Source: an uncultured Bacillales bacterium
Lineage (GTDB): Bacteria > Bacillota_I > Bacilli_A > RFN20 > CAG-288
Length of the DNA: 64,000 nt
Reading direction: 5' to 3'
Assembly (NCBI GenBank): GCA_937874465.1
Contig: CALNAX010000016.1
Location: 8,992 to 72,991, forward strand
Notes under the pieces: generated by a model
The model's database searches: none
Seen by the model: the letters and a program-made list of their open reading frames with translations, nothing else
Told to the model about the DNA's origin: nothing
Shown here: one piece after another, positions 8,653-18,610 of the stretch
Layout of the letters: each line of letters opens with the position of its first letter
How positions within the stretch are numbered: position 1 is the first letter of the stretch
Made by a program: the position numbers and the translations under genes

Positions 8653-8701
8653 GGTGGCTTATCATATAGGCAGTCACGGTTGGATCGAAAAGGAGACTGA
8701 A

Positions 8702-10678
8702 ATGAAATACGACGGTCTGTGCGTGTCGGCACTTAGAGCTCTTTCCATCGATGCCATAAACAAAGCCAAGAGCGGCCATCCCGGTATTGCCCTCGATGCC
8801 GCACCCTTCATATACACCCTGTTCACCAGACACCTTGTCGTTGATCCCAAACAGCCGGACTGGATCAAGAGAGATCGCTTCGTTCTCTCGGCTGGCCATG
8901 GCTCCGTCTTGCTCTATGCCGCCTTGCATCTTTCCGGCTTCGATGTAACCATGGATGACTTGAAGAACTTCCGCCAACTAAACAGCATCACTCCCGGCCA
9001 TCCGGAATTGGGCCGTACCCCCGGGGTGGATATAACCACTGGGCCTTTGGGCCAAGGCCTAGCCCAAGCGGTCGGGTTTGCCATCGCCGAGGAACACCTG
9101 AGAAGCATCTACCCCGGCTCGGATGACCTCTTCTCCCATTACACCTATGTTCTTTGCGGGGATGGCGATCTTGAGGAAGGAATATCCCACGAGGCCGGGT
9201 CCATTGCCGGCACCCTCAAGTTGAGCAAGTTGATCGTGATTTATGATTCCAATAACGTGACCCTTGATGGTCCATTGGCAATGTCTGCTCATACCAATGA
9301 GTTGGAAAGATTCAAATCCTATGGTTGGAACACTGAGGAAGTTGCCGATGGCAATGATGTGGAAGCCTTGGACAAGGCGCTGAGGGAGGCTAAGGAATCG
9401 GCGATGCCGACCTTCATACTCATGCACACCATAATCGGCTATGGCTCCTCGAACCAAGGGACGGCCAAGACCCATGGGAGCCCTCTGGGCTTGGAAGACG
9501 GTGAGCATGCCAAGGATGAGTATGGCTGGAAGTATCCGCCCTTCATCATTCCCGATGAAGTCTACCTGACCTTCAAAGACACCTTGGGAAAGCGTGGCGA
9601 GAAAGCCTATGCGGAATGGGAGAAGGCCAAGGAAAAGTATTTCTTCGATCATCCCCAGGAGGCCAACTTCCTCGATGCCACCATTCATAACGATGTTTCC
9701 TCCTTGGTCCTGAAATCCCTGCCTCATTTCCCGGAGGGGGAACCCTTGGCTACAAGGGATGCCTCTAACCAGGTACTTAATCTAGTGCAACAGGAACTCC
9801 CGAACCTAATCGGCGGAGCCGCCGACGTTGCTAGTTCCCTGAAGACTGACATCAAAGGGGCGGAAGACTTCTCTCCCGAGAATCCCCAGGGCACGATGAT
9901 GCGGTATGGGGTAAGGGAATTCGCCATGGGCGGGATAGCCAATGGCTTGATGGCCCATGGTGGCCTTAGGACCTATTGTGGGACCTTCTTGGCCTTCTCG
10001 GATTACATGAAGGGGGCGATAAGGCTTTCCGCCTTGCAGCATTTGCCTGTCCTCTACCTCTTCTCCCATGATTCCATAGCCGTGGGTGAGGACGGGCCGA
10101 CCCACCAGCCTGTCGAGCAGGTCGCGGCCCTGCGCTCCATCCCCAATCTCTACGTCTTCCGTCCTTGCGACGGCACGGAGGTTGCCGCGGCCTATCGCAT
10201 GGCCCTGCGCTCCGTTGACAAGCCCACCTGCATAATACTTACCAGGCAGAAGCTGCCGTATGTTTTTGGGACCTCGGCCCAGGGAGTGGAAAGAGGCGGG
10301 TATGTCGTCTCCAAGGAGAACAGGCGTGCGGCCTTCACCCTCATAGCCTCCGGCTCGGAGGTCAGTCTCGCGATCCAGGCGCAAAAGTCATTGCTGGGAG
10401 ATGGCATCGACGTCAGGGTGGTGTCGCTTCCGGAGATGAACCTTTTCCTGGCTCAGCCCCAAGGCTATCGCGACGAAGTCCTTGCCAATCCCAGGGGCAA
10501 GCGCTTGATGATAGAGATGGAGTCTTCCTTCGGCCTCTACGCTTTGGCTGACCAAGTCATGGGCATCGATTCCTTCGGGCTTTCCGGCAAGGGCCCCGAT
10601 GTTATCAAGGCCTTTGGCTTCACGCCCGACAATGTCGCCCATCGCGTCAAGAAGATCCTGGGAGTTGAGACCAAATAG
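8702..10678 (+). CDS. tkt: Transketolase
   Basis: Start at MKYDGLCVSALRALSIDAINKAKSGHPG (AAAGGAG upstream). ThDP motif GDGDLEEGISHEA. THQPVEQ. About 658 aa. Confidence 0.95.
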   Translation: MKYDGLCVSALRALSIDAINKAKSGHPGIALDAAPFIYTLFTRHLVVDPKQPDWIKRDRFVLSAGHGSVLLYAALHLSGFDVTMDDLKNFRQLNSITPGHPELGRTPGVDITTGPLGQGLAQAVGFAIAEEHLRSIYPGSDDLFSHYTYVLCGDGDLEEGISHEAGSIAGTLKLSKLIVIYDSNNVTLDGPLAMSAHTNELERFKSYGWNTEEVADGNDVEALDKALREAKESAMPTFILMHTIIGYGSSNQGTAKTHGSPLGLEDGEHAKDEYGWKYPPFIIPDEVYLTFKDTLGKRGEKAYAEWEKAKEKYFFDHPQEANFLDATIHNDVSSLVLKSLPHFPEGEPLATRDASNQVLNLVQQELPNLIGGAADVASSLKTDIKGAEDFSPENPQGTMMRYGVREFAMGGIANGLMAHGGLRTYCGTFLAFSDYMKGAIRLSALQHLPVLYLFSHDSIAVGEDGPTHQPVEQVAALRSIPNLYVFRPCDGTEVAAAYRMALRSVDKPTCIILTRQKLPYVFGTSAQGVERGGYVVSKENRRAAFTLIASGSEVSLAIQAQKSLLGDGIDVRVVSLPEMNLFLAQPQGYRDEVLANPRGKRLMIEMESSFGLYALADQVMGIDSFGLSGKGPDVIKAFGFTPDNVAHRVKKILGVETK

Positions 10679-10683
10679 CCACG

Positions 10684-11598
10684 ATGGCCTTTTTCATTTT
10701 GCTTGACATCCCGCTTGGCGAAGGGGAGAGGAATGACGTTGTGCGCGTCCTTAGGTCTGTCCGCCACCATGCCTGGACTGAGGCGATGGGCTTTGGGGCC
10801 GAATATCGCCTCCCCGACAGGTTTGCCAGGTATGCCACCAAGGAGGTGGTTCCCGAGGCCTATGATCCCGTGTCGGCAATGGCGGTCGAAGGGATGGTCG
10901 AAGAAGGGCTTTTGCGTCTTGAGGGCATTGAGAAGGCCTTGGCCCGGGCTGACCACGGCAAGCGGCTGAAAACGGTGGAGGGGCGATTGGAGAGGATCGG
11001 TGACGAAAAGGAAGGCCTTTTGGCTCAAGCGCGTTCGTTTGTGCTGAAGACCTTGGCCACAAATGGCATCTTGGGATCCGACCCTGGCGAAGGGCGGGAG
11101 AAAGACCGTCAAGACCGGGGCGAACTCGAAGGAATCTATTCGCGGATCAAGAATTCCCCAGCCTACCTGGATCTTGAAAGGGAAGAGGAAGGAATTATTG
11201 AGGAGAACAGGCTCCTGCTGGATAGCTCATCCTTCCCGCAAGACGAAAGGGAGGCCCTGAAGGACATGGAGGGCACTGGCATAAGGGTCATGCACGATCG
11301 CCATTGCCCCAAGACTGTCGGCCAAAGGCGAAGCGAGCTCCGCTCATGTCGCCGTAGGCTCAAGGCCTATCGCAAGGCCTTGGACGATTTCTCGTCCCTA
11401 CTCAACTCGATCATGGAAAAACATGCCTTAGTCGGCCTGACCATGGACCTAAAGCGCCCAAGCAAGAGGACCTTTCTATCCCCCGACCAGGAGGTCTTCT
11501 CCCTCTTCCCCTTCCCGGGCCGGACGATTGTTGTGGTACGTCAGCGAAAGGGCCTTGCAAACAAAGCGGTTAACTGCCATAATAACCAACGCACATGA
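10684..11598 (+). CDS. Hypothetical protein (E/R/G-rich, no family recognised)
   Basis: Longest ORF in a stop-poor stretch. G-start (RNY-like) codon pattern similar to neighbouring genes. Its stop lies directly before the rpsU ribosome-binding site. No convincing SD at its own ATG. Confidence 0.4.
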   Translation: MAFFILLDIPLGEGERNDVVRVLRSVRHHAWTEAMGFGAEYRLPDRFARYATKEVVPEAYDPVSAMAVEGMVEEGLLRLEGIEKALARADHGKRLKTVEGRLERIGDEKEGLLAQARSFVLKTLATNGILGSDPGEGREKDRQDRGELEGIYSRIKNSPAYLDLEREEEGIIEENRLLLDSSSFPQDEREALKDMEGTGIRVMHDRHCPKTVGQRRSELRSCRRRLKAYRKALDDFSSLLNSIMEKHALVGLTMDLKRPSKRTFLSPDQEVFSLFPFPGRTIVVVRQRKGLANKAVNCHNNQRT

Positions 11599-11613
11599 AA
11601 GGTGGTGATACCG

Positions 11614-11784
11614 TTGCCCAAGATTGTAGTACGCGATGGCGAGAGCTTGGATGATGCGTTCCGCCGCTTCAAGAGAAGCGTGAACAAGTCTGGGATTCTT
11701 GCTGACTACAAGCGTCATGAGGCTTACCTCAAGAAGGCCCTCAAGCGCAAGATGAAAGCTCAGCAAGCACGCCGTCGTCACTGA
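11614..11784 (+). CDS. rpsU: 30S ribosomal protein S21
   Basis: TTG start gives (M)PKIVVRDGESLDDAFRRFKRSVNKSGILADYKRHEAYLKK..., a typical S21. AAAGGTGGTGA SD 6 nt upstream. The ORF-track GTG start at 11602 sits inside the SD. Confidence 0.9.
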   Translation: MPKIVVRDGESLDDAFRRFKRSVNKSGILADYKRHEAYLKKALKRKMKAQQARRRH

Positions 11785-11809
11785 TTGACGGTATTGCCAG
11801 TCTCGGTTT

Positions 11810-11838
11810 AAGCCCGGTGATGCAACCGGGCTTTTTTG
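11810..11838 (+). terminator. Rho-independent terminator after rpsU
   Basis: AGCCCGGT-gatgca-ACCGGGCT followed by TTTTTT. Confidence 0.7.
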
Positions 11839-11884
11839 GCCAAGAATAACCCTTGTTTGACTTTGTGGAGGACAACAATTTAAT

Positions 11885-12751
11885 ATGGATATAACTCTTG
11901 AGAAAGACGACTTAACGAAAATGACAGACAAATACCTTATCGCTTTCGATATGGACGGAACGCTATTGAGATCCGACAACACCATTGGGCCTAGGTCTTT
12001 GGCCTTGATAAATAAGTTCATTGCCTTGGGCCAATATGTGACTGTTGCTTCCGGACGCCCTCCTCGCGTCATCCTCCCCTACTATTTCCAGACGGGAATG
12101 AATGGACCGATAGTCAGTTACAATGGGGCCTATGTCTATGAGCCCCGGGATTTGAGTTTCAATTCTTTCCGCATGACCTTCAGGAAGGAAGACCTGGTAT
12201 CGTTCGTCAACGGGGTCGGCTATGACAAGTTCGACATAATAATGGCCGAAAGCGACAAGAAGATCTTCATCAAGAAATACGACCCAAGTCTTGACAGCTT
12301 TTTCCATCACGAGGGTATGGAGGTAATCGAAGGCGATTTCCGCAAGATCCTATCGGAAGACACCTACACGATGATCGTGGCCATGAAGTCCCACGATTGG
12401 GATGAGAGATTGGTCAAGTGCGCCTTCTCCTTCCCTGGGATTGGCCTGAGGTTCTGGGGTGGGGCGGAAAACAAGTTCTCGGAACTCTACCACCTCGACA
12501 TAACCAAGACCTCCGGTCTTGAAAGGGCCCGGGAGTTCTTGGGTTTGGACCGGGAGCATGTCATCGTCATAGGCGATGCCGACAACGACGTCGAGATGCT
12601 TACCGACTTCCCCAATTCGATAGCCATGGTTAATGGCGAGGATCAGGTCAAGGCCCGGGCCCACTTCGTCTCCGACTTCGACAACAATCACGATGGGGCC
12701 GCCTTGGCCGTGGACAAGTTGCTAACCTCGTTGCTTGATAAGGGAAAATAA
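11885..12751 (+). CDS. Cof-type HAD-IIB family hydrolase (sugar-phosphatase-like)
   Basis: HAD motifs FDMDGTLL, VTVASGRP, GDADNDVEML. An alternative start at 11921 is possible. Confidence 0.85.
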   Translation: MDITLEKDDLTKMTDKYLIAFDMDGTLLRSDNTIGPRSLALINKFIALGQYVTVASGRPPRVILPYYFQTGMNGPIVSYNGAYVYEPRDLSFNSFRMTFRKEDLVSFVNGVGYDKFDIIMAESDKKIFIKKYDPSLDSFFHHEGMEVIEGDFRKILSEDTYTMIVAMKSHDWDERLVKCAFSFPGIGLRFWGGAENKFSELYHLDITKTSGLERAREFLGLDREHVIVIGDADNDVEMLTDFPNSIAMVNGEDQVKARAHFVSDFDNNHDGAALAVDKLLTSLLDKGK

Positions 12752-12752
12752 A

Positions 12753-12783
12753 AGGGGGCTGTGCTTGAGCACAGCCTCTTTTG
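12753..12783. terminator. Bidirectional terminator between the HAD hydrolase and aldehyde dehydrogenase genes
   Basis: GGCTGTGC-ttga-GCACAGCC, flanked by an A-run upstream and TCTTTT downstream. The genes are convergent. Confidence 0.6.
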
Positions 12784-12797
12784 GCAACGGCCCAGAC

Positions 12798-14288
12798 CTA
12801 CTTGTAAAGACCGTCTGGCATGGTCTTGAGCGAAATGAAGATGTTCTTTACCTGTGAATAGGCATCAAGGATCAGCTTGTGGGTCTCCCGTCCTATCCCG
12901 GATTCCTTGTAGCCCCCAAAGGGCGCTCCAGCCGGAATCTCGTTGTAGGTATTGACCCATACCCTGCCGGTTTCAACGCCCTCCCCAACCCTGAATGCAG
13001 TATCGAGGTTGGTGGTCCATACCGCACCGCCAAGGCCATATTTGGAATCATTGGCGATGGCGATGGCATCGGCGGCATCCTTGAACTTGGTAACGACGGC
13101 AACTGGTCCGAATATTTCGTCTTGGGCCACTACTGTATCGTTTCCGGCGGCGATTAGGGTAGGCTCATAATAAGAGCCGCCCTTTCCAACCCCTTCGGAA
13201 AGCCTATGGCCACCGACCAGGATCTTGCCTTCCTTCTCCCCTATCCTTACATACTTGTCTATGGTATCGCATTGATGTCCGTTTACTTGAGCGCCCATCT
13301 GGGTCTCGGTATCCCAGGGAAGGCCGATCTTGACCTTCTTGAAGGCGGCGACCAGATCCTTGACGAATTTGTCGTATATGCCTTCCTGTACCAAGATCCT
13401 GGAACCGGCGCAGCAGACCTGTCCCTGGTTGAACAAGATGCCTTTTACGGCACCTTCGATGGCCCGTTCATACGGGGCATCGTCGAAGATGATGTTAGCG
13501 GACTTGCCACCCAACTCCAAGGTCGAGGGAATAAGGTTCTGGGCGGCAGAGAGGGCAATCTCCCGACCGACGGCGGTAGAACCGGTGAAGGCCAGTTTCC
13601 TAAGTCCCTTGTGATGCTGCATGTATTCGCCAGACTTGGATCCCTTTCCGGTGACGACGTTAAGGACGCCGGCAGGGAGCAAGTGGGCCTTGTCGATCAG
13701 TTCAGCCAAAGACAGCAGCGACAAAGAGGTCGAGGAGGACGGATGGATAACGATGGTGTTGCCGGCCGCTAGGGCGGGGGCAATCTTCCAGGCTGCCATC
13801 AAGAAGGGGAAGTTCCAGGGCACGATTTGGCCGACTACGCCCAAAGGCTCCCTCAAGACAATCGATATCGTGTCTTTGTCGATCTGGTTGACGGTTCCCT
13901 CTTCGGCCCTTATCGCCGCCGCGAAGTAACGGAAATGGTCGGCACCGTAGGGGATATCGACATACCTGGTCTCCCTTATGGGCTTGCCGTTGTCCAGGGT
14001 CTCCTGCAGTGAAAGAAGGTCGGTTTTTTCGTCGATGAGGTCACCGATTTTGTTCAGTATCGCAGCCCTTTCGGCCGCCGAGGTCTTCTTCCAGGCCGGG
14101 AAGGCATCCTGGGCGGCCTTTATGGCATCGTCGACATCGGCATTGGTCGCATCGACGAAATCGGTAAGGACCTGGCCATTGGCCGGGTTGATGCTCTTGA
14201 GGCGATCCTCGCCATGACCCTTGGTCCACTTCCCGCCAATATAGAGATCGTAGTGGGGCTTGAATACGTCAATATCCTTGATAATCAT
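12798..14288 (-). CDS. NAD(P)-dependent aldehyde dehydrogenase
   Basis: 496 aa. Catalytic motifs ELGGKSANIIFDDA and FNQGQVCCAGSR. AGGAGG SD. Confidence 0.9.
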   Translation of the reverse strand: MIIKDIDVFKPHYDLYIGGKWTKGHGEDRLKSINPANGQVLTDFVDATNADVDDAIKAAQDAFPAWKKTSAAERAAILNKIGDLIDEKTDLLSLQETLDNGKPIRETRYVDIPYGADHFRYFAAAIRAEEGTVNQIDKDTISIVLREPLGVVGQIVPWNFPFLMAAWKIAPALAAGNTIVIHPSSSTSLSLLSLAELIDKAHLLPAGVLNVVTGKGSKSGEYMQHHKGLRKLAFTGSTAVGREIALSAAQNLIPSTLELGGKSANIIFDDAPYERAIEGAVKGILFNQGQVCCAGSRILVQEGIYDKFVKDLVAAFKKVKIGLPWDTETQMGAQVNGHQCDTIDKYVRIGEKEGKILVGGHRLSEGVGKGGSYYEPTLIAAGNDTVVAQDEIFGPVAVVTKFKDAADAIAIANDSKYGLGGAVWTTNLDTAFRVGEGVETGRVWVNTYNEIPAGAPFGGYKESGIGRETHKLILDAYSQVKNIFISLKTMPDGLYK

Positions 14289-14351
14289 TCAATTACCTCC
14301 TGGTAATGTTTTATCACTAAAGCGCTTTCACCCCTATCTGAAGTGCTTACG

Positions 14352-14375
14352 AAAAAACCGCCGATGGACGGCGGC
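14352..14375 (-). terminator. Rho-independent terminator after the phosphoglucomutase gene
   Basis: Minus strand: CCGCCG-tccat-CGGCGG followed by TTTTTT. Confidence 0.6.
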
Positions 14376-14396
14376 TTGTCAGGTAAGGACGGCGGA

Positions 14397-16136
14397 TTAC
14401 TTGTCGATGTTTAGCGAGTCGAGATCCAAGTGCTTGTCCAACGCCTCGATTATAGCATTGGCCAACCTGTTTCCCTCTTCATCGCTAGGGGCTACGGCCT
14501 CGCAATATATCTTGCACTTGGGCTCGGTGCCCGAAGGCCTTATCGCCAACCAGCCATCGGCGAAGAAGTACTTTATGCAATCCAGGGAGGGGATATCGGC
14601 AATCTTGGTCTTGGTGCCTGACCTTGCATCGTAATGGACGCTGTTGAGATAGTCGTCAACGGCCACGACTTTGTCCCCGGCCAACGCGTCGACGGGATTG
14701 GCCCTGAGCTCATCCAGCTTGTCGGCCAATTTCTTGCGCCCGACGATGCCGTCGAAGTAGATGTTCTTCAGGGCGGTTACGTAGTGGCCGAACTCCTTTT
14801 CCAATTGTGCGAACTTCTCGTCAATGGCAATGCCCTTGCGAGCGCAATCCTCAGCCATGTCGGCGATGGCGACATTGGATTGAAGGCAGTCCTTGTCCCT
14901 GACGAATTCCTTGGTCAGATAGCCGTAGGATTCCTCATAGCCGAAGACGAATGGCTTGTTGGAATGCTCGATGGCATAGCCGATGTACTTGAAACCGGTA
15001 GGCACGTACTTAATGGTCATGCCGTATTTCTTGGCGGCGATGGCAGCGCCGAACGAGGAAGTAACGAAGGAGTTATAAAGGACACCATCCTTGGGCAGGG
15101 TCCCCTGTTTCTTCCGTTCCCCGAGGATGAAATCGATCAGCAAGGCCCCGGTCTGGTTTCCGGTATAGCGATGGAATTGGCCATCCTTGCCGATGAAGCC
15201 CAAACCGACACGGTCGGCATCGGGATCATTGCAGATGGCGATGGTGTATTCCGGATCCTTCTCGTGGAGCTTGAGCAGCAAAGCCTTGGCCTTCACCCAG
15301 GCCACATCGAATTCGGGATTGGGGAACTCGACGCCGTCGAATTCGCTATCCCATCTATCCTGACCAGGGACAGATGTGACCACATAACCACATTTACGTA
15401 AGCAGGCCGGGCCCAAGTAGACATTGGTGCCACATTGGGGGGTATAGACAATCTTGACATGACGGGTGGAATCGCCAACTCCCTTTATTATCGAGGTGTC
15501 AGCCTCGCGAGTGATGAACTTCTCATCGAAATTCTCGCCCAACACATTGTTGGTCCCGTTCTTATCGGCCTTCTTGACCTTTATGTCCAAGAAGTCCGGG
15601 AGCTTGTTTATCTCGGCCATCAAGCCATCGATGTTCTCATAGACCATTTGGCAGCCGGTCTCGTCATATACTTTGTAGCCATTGTACTTGGCAGGGTTAT
15701 GTGATGCGGTGATCATTACGCCGGCAACGCATTTGCATTCCCTGACTGTGTAGGAGAGCTCTGGCGTGGGATGGGGGCAGGCAAAGGAGAAGGTGTTGAT
15801 ACCCATGTCATTGAGTATCGTGCAGACTTCGCTTGAGAAGATGGCGGACATCCGGCGGTTATCGAACGAGACGGCCACACCCCTTCGCTTCCCTTCGGCA
15901 CCATATTTCTTGATCACGAAATTGCCCAGGCCTACGGTCGCCCTTCTTACCACCAGGGTATTGAGCCTGTTTGTGCCCGGACCTATTTCGCCTCTCAGTC
16001 CAGCAGTGCCGAATTCGATATCGGCTCCGAACATGTCGTTTAAGAGGTGGTCATCCGCCTTCTTTATGATTGCCTTGTCCTGATCAGAAACCTGATCGCT
16101 TGATAGCCATCTCTCAGCACGGTCTTTGTAATTCAT
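14397..16136 (-). CDS. pgcA: Phosphoglucomutase / phosphomannomutase (alpha-D-phosphohexomutase family)
   Basis: Active-site TASHNPAKYNGYKV and metal loop CNDPDADRVG. ATG 14 codons inside the ORF-track TTG start is preferred (GGAGAAAGG SD, MNYKDRAERW). Confidence 0.9.
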   Translation of the reverse strand: MNYKDRAERWLSSDQVSDQDKAIIKKADDHLLNDMFGADIEFGTAGLRGEIGPGTNRLNTLVVRRATVGLGNFVIKKYGAEGKRRGVAVSFDNRRMSAIFSSEVCTILNDMGINTFSFACPHPTPELSYTVRECKCVAGVMITASHNPAKYNGYKVYDETGCQMVYENIDGLMAEINKLPDFLDIKVKKADKNGTNNVLGENFDEKFITREADTSIIKGVGDSTRHVKIVYTPQCGTNVYLGPACLRKCGYVVTSVPGQDRWDSEFDGVEFPNPEFDVAWVKAKALLLKLHEKDPEYTIAICNDPDADRVGLGFIGKDGQFHRYTGNQTGALLIDFILGERKKQGTLPKDGVLYNSFVTSSFGAAIAAKKYGMTIKYVPTGFKYIGYAIEHSNKPFVFGYEESYGYLTKEFVRDKDCLQSNVAIADMAEDCARKGIAIDEKFAQLEKEFGHYVTALKNIYFDGIVGRKKLADKLDELRANPVDALAGDKVVAVDDYLNSVHYDARSGTKTKIADIPSLDCIKYFFADGWLAIRPSGTEPKCKIYCEAVAPSDEEGNRLANAIIEALDKHLDLDSLNIDK

Positions 16137-16289
16137 TCTTTGCCTTTCTCCGACCTTTTCGTTAAATGCCAAACGCAATCGCTTTTATTGATGACAACTG
16201 AGTTTTTGACTAATGCAAAAGGCTCTTCCCACTTCCCTTGCAAGGAACAAGTTTAATACAAATCAACAGCCTATTCAAAAGTATTGAAT

Positions 16290-17006
16290 TCATTTCTGAC
16301 TGTCCTTGGATGCGAGGAAATAGTCGTTCAGCAGCCTGTTGCTCTCGGCAACGGCCTTGGCAAAGGAATAGCGCTTTCCTTCGCCTATGGCCGAGAAATA
16401 GGCCGCGCAATATGGCATGGTCAAGAAATCGTAGTTTTCCATCACCTTGGGGTTTCGCCCCTCAATCATGAAGAAATCCTTGATCGTGGGGAATTCCCTG
16501 CCATTGAAGAAGAACGACTTCTTCCCACTCAAGCGATAGGCCAAAGCAAAGTATGATTCCAGGTTCCCGCCTTTGGACTCGAGCGCCAATTCCTTGATTT
16601 GCGCGAATGTTTCCGGGTGCTCCTTGGGAAAGGACCGGAAGTTCAGATACCAGGTCAGGGATTGCGAATTTATCAGTTCATAAGCCGATTCGTCAAGGCC
16701 TGGAGCATGGCCTAGGATGGCCGTTCCCACCGATGTTACATTGGGATAGGAGCGTTTGTTGAAGACCAGGCCGTGACCGGGGCTCAAGACATAGGAGGCC
16801 TTGAACAGTCCCACTTGCTCATCCTCTTCATCGCCGAAAAGAGCCAGGGCCGAAGAGGCCGACTCCTCGTCTTGGGAACGCAGCCAGATCCGGAATCCCG
16901 AATCCTTGAAGAGGGAAATGCAAAGTTCGGGATATAGGCAGCAGACGTCCCCCAAAGACCTAAGGTCCTTGAAGGACAGTTTTTCGTTTACCCGGTACTC
17001 TTTCAT
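16290..17006 (-). CDS. Hypothetical soluble protein (third gene of the unknown cassette)
   Basis: 238 aa with no TM segments. ATGA overlap with the upstream gene. No family recognised. Confidence 0.6.
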   Translation of the reverse strand: MKEYRVNEKLSFKDLRSLGDVCCLYPELCISLFKDSGFRIWLRSQDEESASSALALFGDEEDEQVGLFKASYVLSPGHGLVFNKRSYPNVTSVGTAILGHAPGLDESAYELINSQSLTWYLNFRSFPKEHPETFAQIKELALESKGGNLESYFALAYRLSGKKSFFFNGREFPTIKDFFMIEGRNPKVMENYDFLTMPYCAAYFSAIGEGKRYSFAKAVAESNRLLNDYFLASKDSQK

Positions 17007-18073
17007 GCGAATAAGCCCTTATCCGCCAACAATGATATGGCTATCATGGCAAAAAGGACCGCAAAGAAAGTGAGCCAGGTCACCACCACGAAGACGATCG
17101 AGAGGAAATTGCGCTTGCCGCTGCCGACGGACTTCTCTTCCCTTCCGGCTATTTGGCTTCCGTATTTCAATGGATAGGCCCATAGGCTTCCGGCGCCCAT
17201 CGGCGTCTTTGCCTTGAGATGCGATTCGATATCGGCCATTAGCTCTTGCGAGTTTTGGGCTAGTTCGGAGAAGAACTTCCGCGAATTGAAGAAGACGAAG
17301 CGGCGCGAATAGGAAAGGCTTTGGTTCAAACGATGGTCCATGGTGTTCCACCAAACGTAGATGACGTCGTAGATGAGGGTGAAGATCAAGGGGATGTAAA
17401 TCACAAAGGAAATGATGTCCGCGCTGTTGGGGTTATAGAATGCCAGCCGGAAATCCTCGGATGGCACCAAAAACAACGCTACCGATAGGAGGTTGGCGAT
17501 CAGCAGCAAGGACAGGCGCAGGGAATAAACCAAGGTCTTGAGATGCTGGCGTCTCTCCCATCCGACTCCGCCTTTTATCTGGCTTATCTGTTCGGTGACT
17601 TTTTGCGCCACGTCCCTTTGCCAGTCAAAGACCCTTAGGGCCAGGGCGTTCTCCTTTGCCGCAAACGACAGTTCCTTGTCGGCGATCAACTGGTCGATCG
17701 TGGTCGGGTTCCCGTCTTCGTAGGCATAAAGCTGTCCTATCGAATTCACTTCGTCTTGGCCGGCGTTGTCGTTGTCCAAGGGATTTACCCAGCTTTGGGG
17801 TCTTGCCTTGACGTAGAACAAAAGGACATTGGCCTCAAGCCTTGAATAATCGGCTATTGTGCTTACGGAGAAATCCAAGTCCCGGATGTCGTTGTAATTC
17901 CTGAGGGCCGAGGGGCGCTTGGTCTTGGCCGCTCTCGCCAAGCCTTCCTGGGCCGCATTGAAGACGGCCGTATTGAAAAGCCTATTGGATAGTTCGGGGG
18001 CTTCCTTGGAACTATCCAGGCCCGATACCTCCATCAAGAGCCAGTTCCTCTCGACAGTATTCATACGAAGCAC
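17003..18073 (-). CDS. Hypothetical membrane protein (second gene of the cassette)
   Basis: 356 aa. A ~190-aa N-terminal soluble domain followed by about 3 hydrophobic helices, e.g. LVYSLRLSLLLIANLLSVALFLV and FLSIVFVVVTWLTFFAVLFAMIAISLL. 13-nt overlap with the upstream gene. Confidence 0.6.
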   Translation of the reverse strand: MLRMNTVERNWLLMEVSGLDSSKEAPELSNRLFNTAVFNAAQEGLARAAKTKRPSALRNYNDIRDLDFSVSTIADYSRLEANVLLFYVKARPQSWVNPLDNDNAGQDEVNSIGQLYAYEDGNPTTIDQLIADKELSFAAKENALALRVFDWQRDVAQKVTEQISQIKGGVGWERRQHLKTLVYSLRLSLLLIANLLSVALFLVPSEDFRLAFYNPNSADIISFVIYIPLIFTLIYDVIYVWWNTMDHRLNQSLSYSRRFVFFNSRKFFSELAQNSQELMADIESHLKAKTPMGAGSLWAYPLKYGSQIAGREEKSVGSGKRNFLSIVFVVVTWLTFFAVLFAMIAISLLADKGLFA

Positions 18074-18582
18074 TCCTCGAAGGGAAAGAGAGCCTCGAAA
18101 AGGGGGTTCAGCAGTCCTGGCCTAAGGTAGATGGCATTCCTCAAGCCGGCTAAGGTGAAGACGACGACGAAGGAAAAGCCGATGGTGCTGAGCAATACCA
18201 TCGGGAAGCGCCAAAGAGTCCGGGTTAGGCTCGTCTTCCAGGGGGCTATGCCCAAAACGATTCGATAGACCACGATCAGGGAGACCAAGAAGATAAGCAA
18301 GGCCAGCAAGAAGACCAACATGACTCCGCCGTCGGTGTAAAGGCCGGCGGTGGTCACATCGAAAAGGGCCGCGAATGAAGGAAGGGACAAGGTCAAAGCA
18401 GTCCCAACGGTCTTAACGATTCCATAAGAAAGGAAGAACTTGTCTGCCATCCAGATGGCAAAGACGAAAAGCGCGGCGGGAATCATGGCCAAGAACAGGG
18501 AGCGGGAGCGGTTATAGGACATAAAGAGGTTGGCGCCCAAAAACAAGGCCACGAGGATACCGACCAAAAGCGAAATGGTCAT
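18061..18582 (-). CDS. Hypothetical polytopic membrane protein (first gene of the cassette)
   Basis: 173 aa with about 5 TM helices. AGGAGG SD 8 nt upstream of the ATG. Confidence 0.6.
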   Translation of the reverse strand: MTISLLVGILVALFLGANLFMSYNRSRSLFLAMIPAALFVFAIWMADKFFLSYGIVKTVGTALTLSLPSFAALFDVTTAGLYTDGGVMLVFLLALLIFLVSLIVVYRIVLGIAPWKTSLTRTLWRFPMVLLSTIGFSFVVVFTLAGLRNAIYLRPGLLNPLFEALFPFEECFV

Positions 18583-18610
18583 TTTCCAAGCCTCCTATGC
18601 CTTTTTCAAG

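Noticed and set aside
11476-12072. 198-aa minus-strand ORF spanning rpsU and the HAD hydrolase start.
   Set aside because: It is antisense to two well-supported genes and crosses a strong terminator, so it is a shadow ORF.
16081-16260. My manual base counting differed by one nucleotide from the ORF track here, which looked like a frameshift in pgcA. The same happened at 18061-18180, affecting the overlap of two cassette genes.
   Set aside because: Several independent ORFs in the supplied track on both strands read through these points without interruption, and the offsets begin and end exactly at line breaks. I attribute them to my own reading or counting at line boundaries, not to real indels. 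ORF-track coordinates were used.
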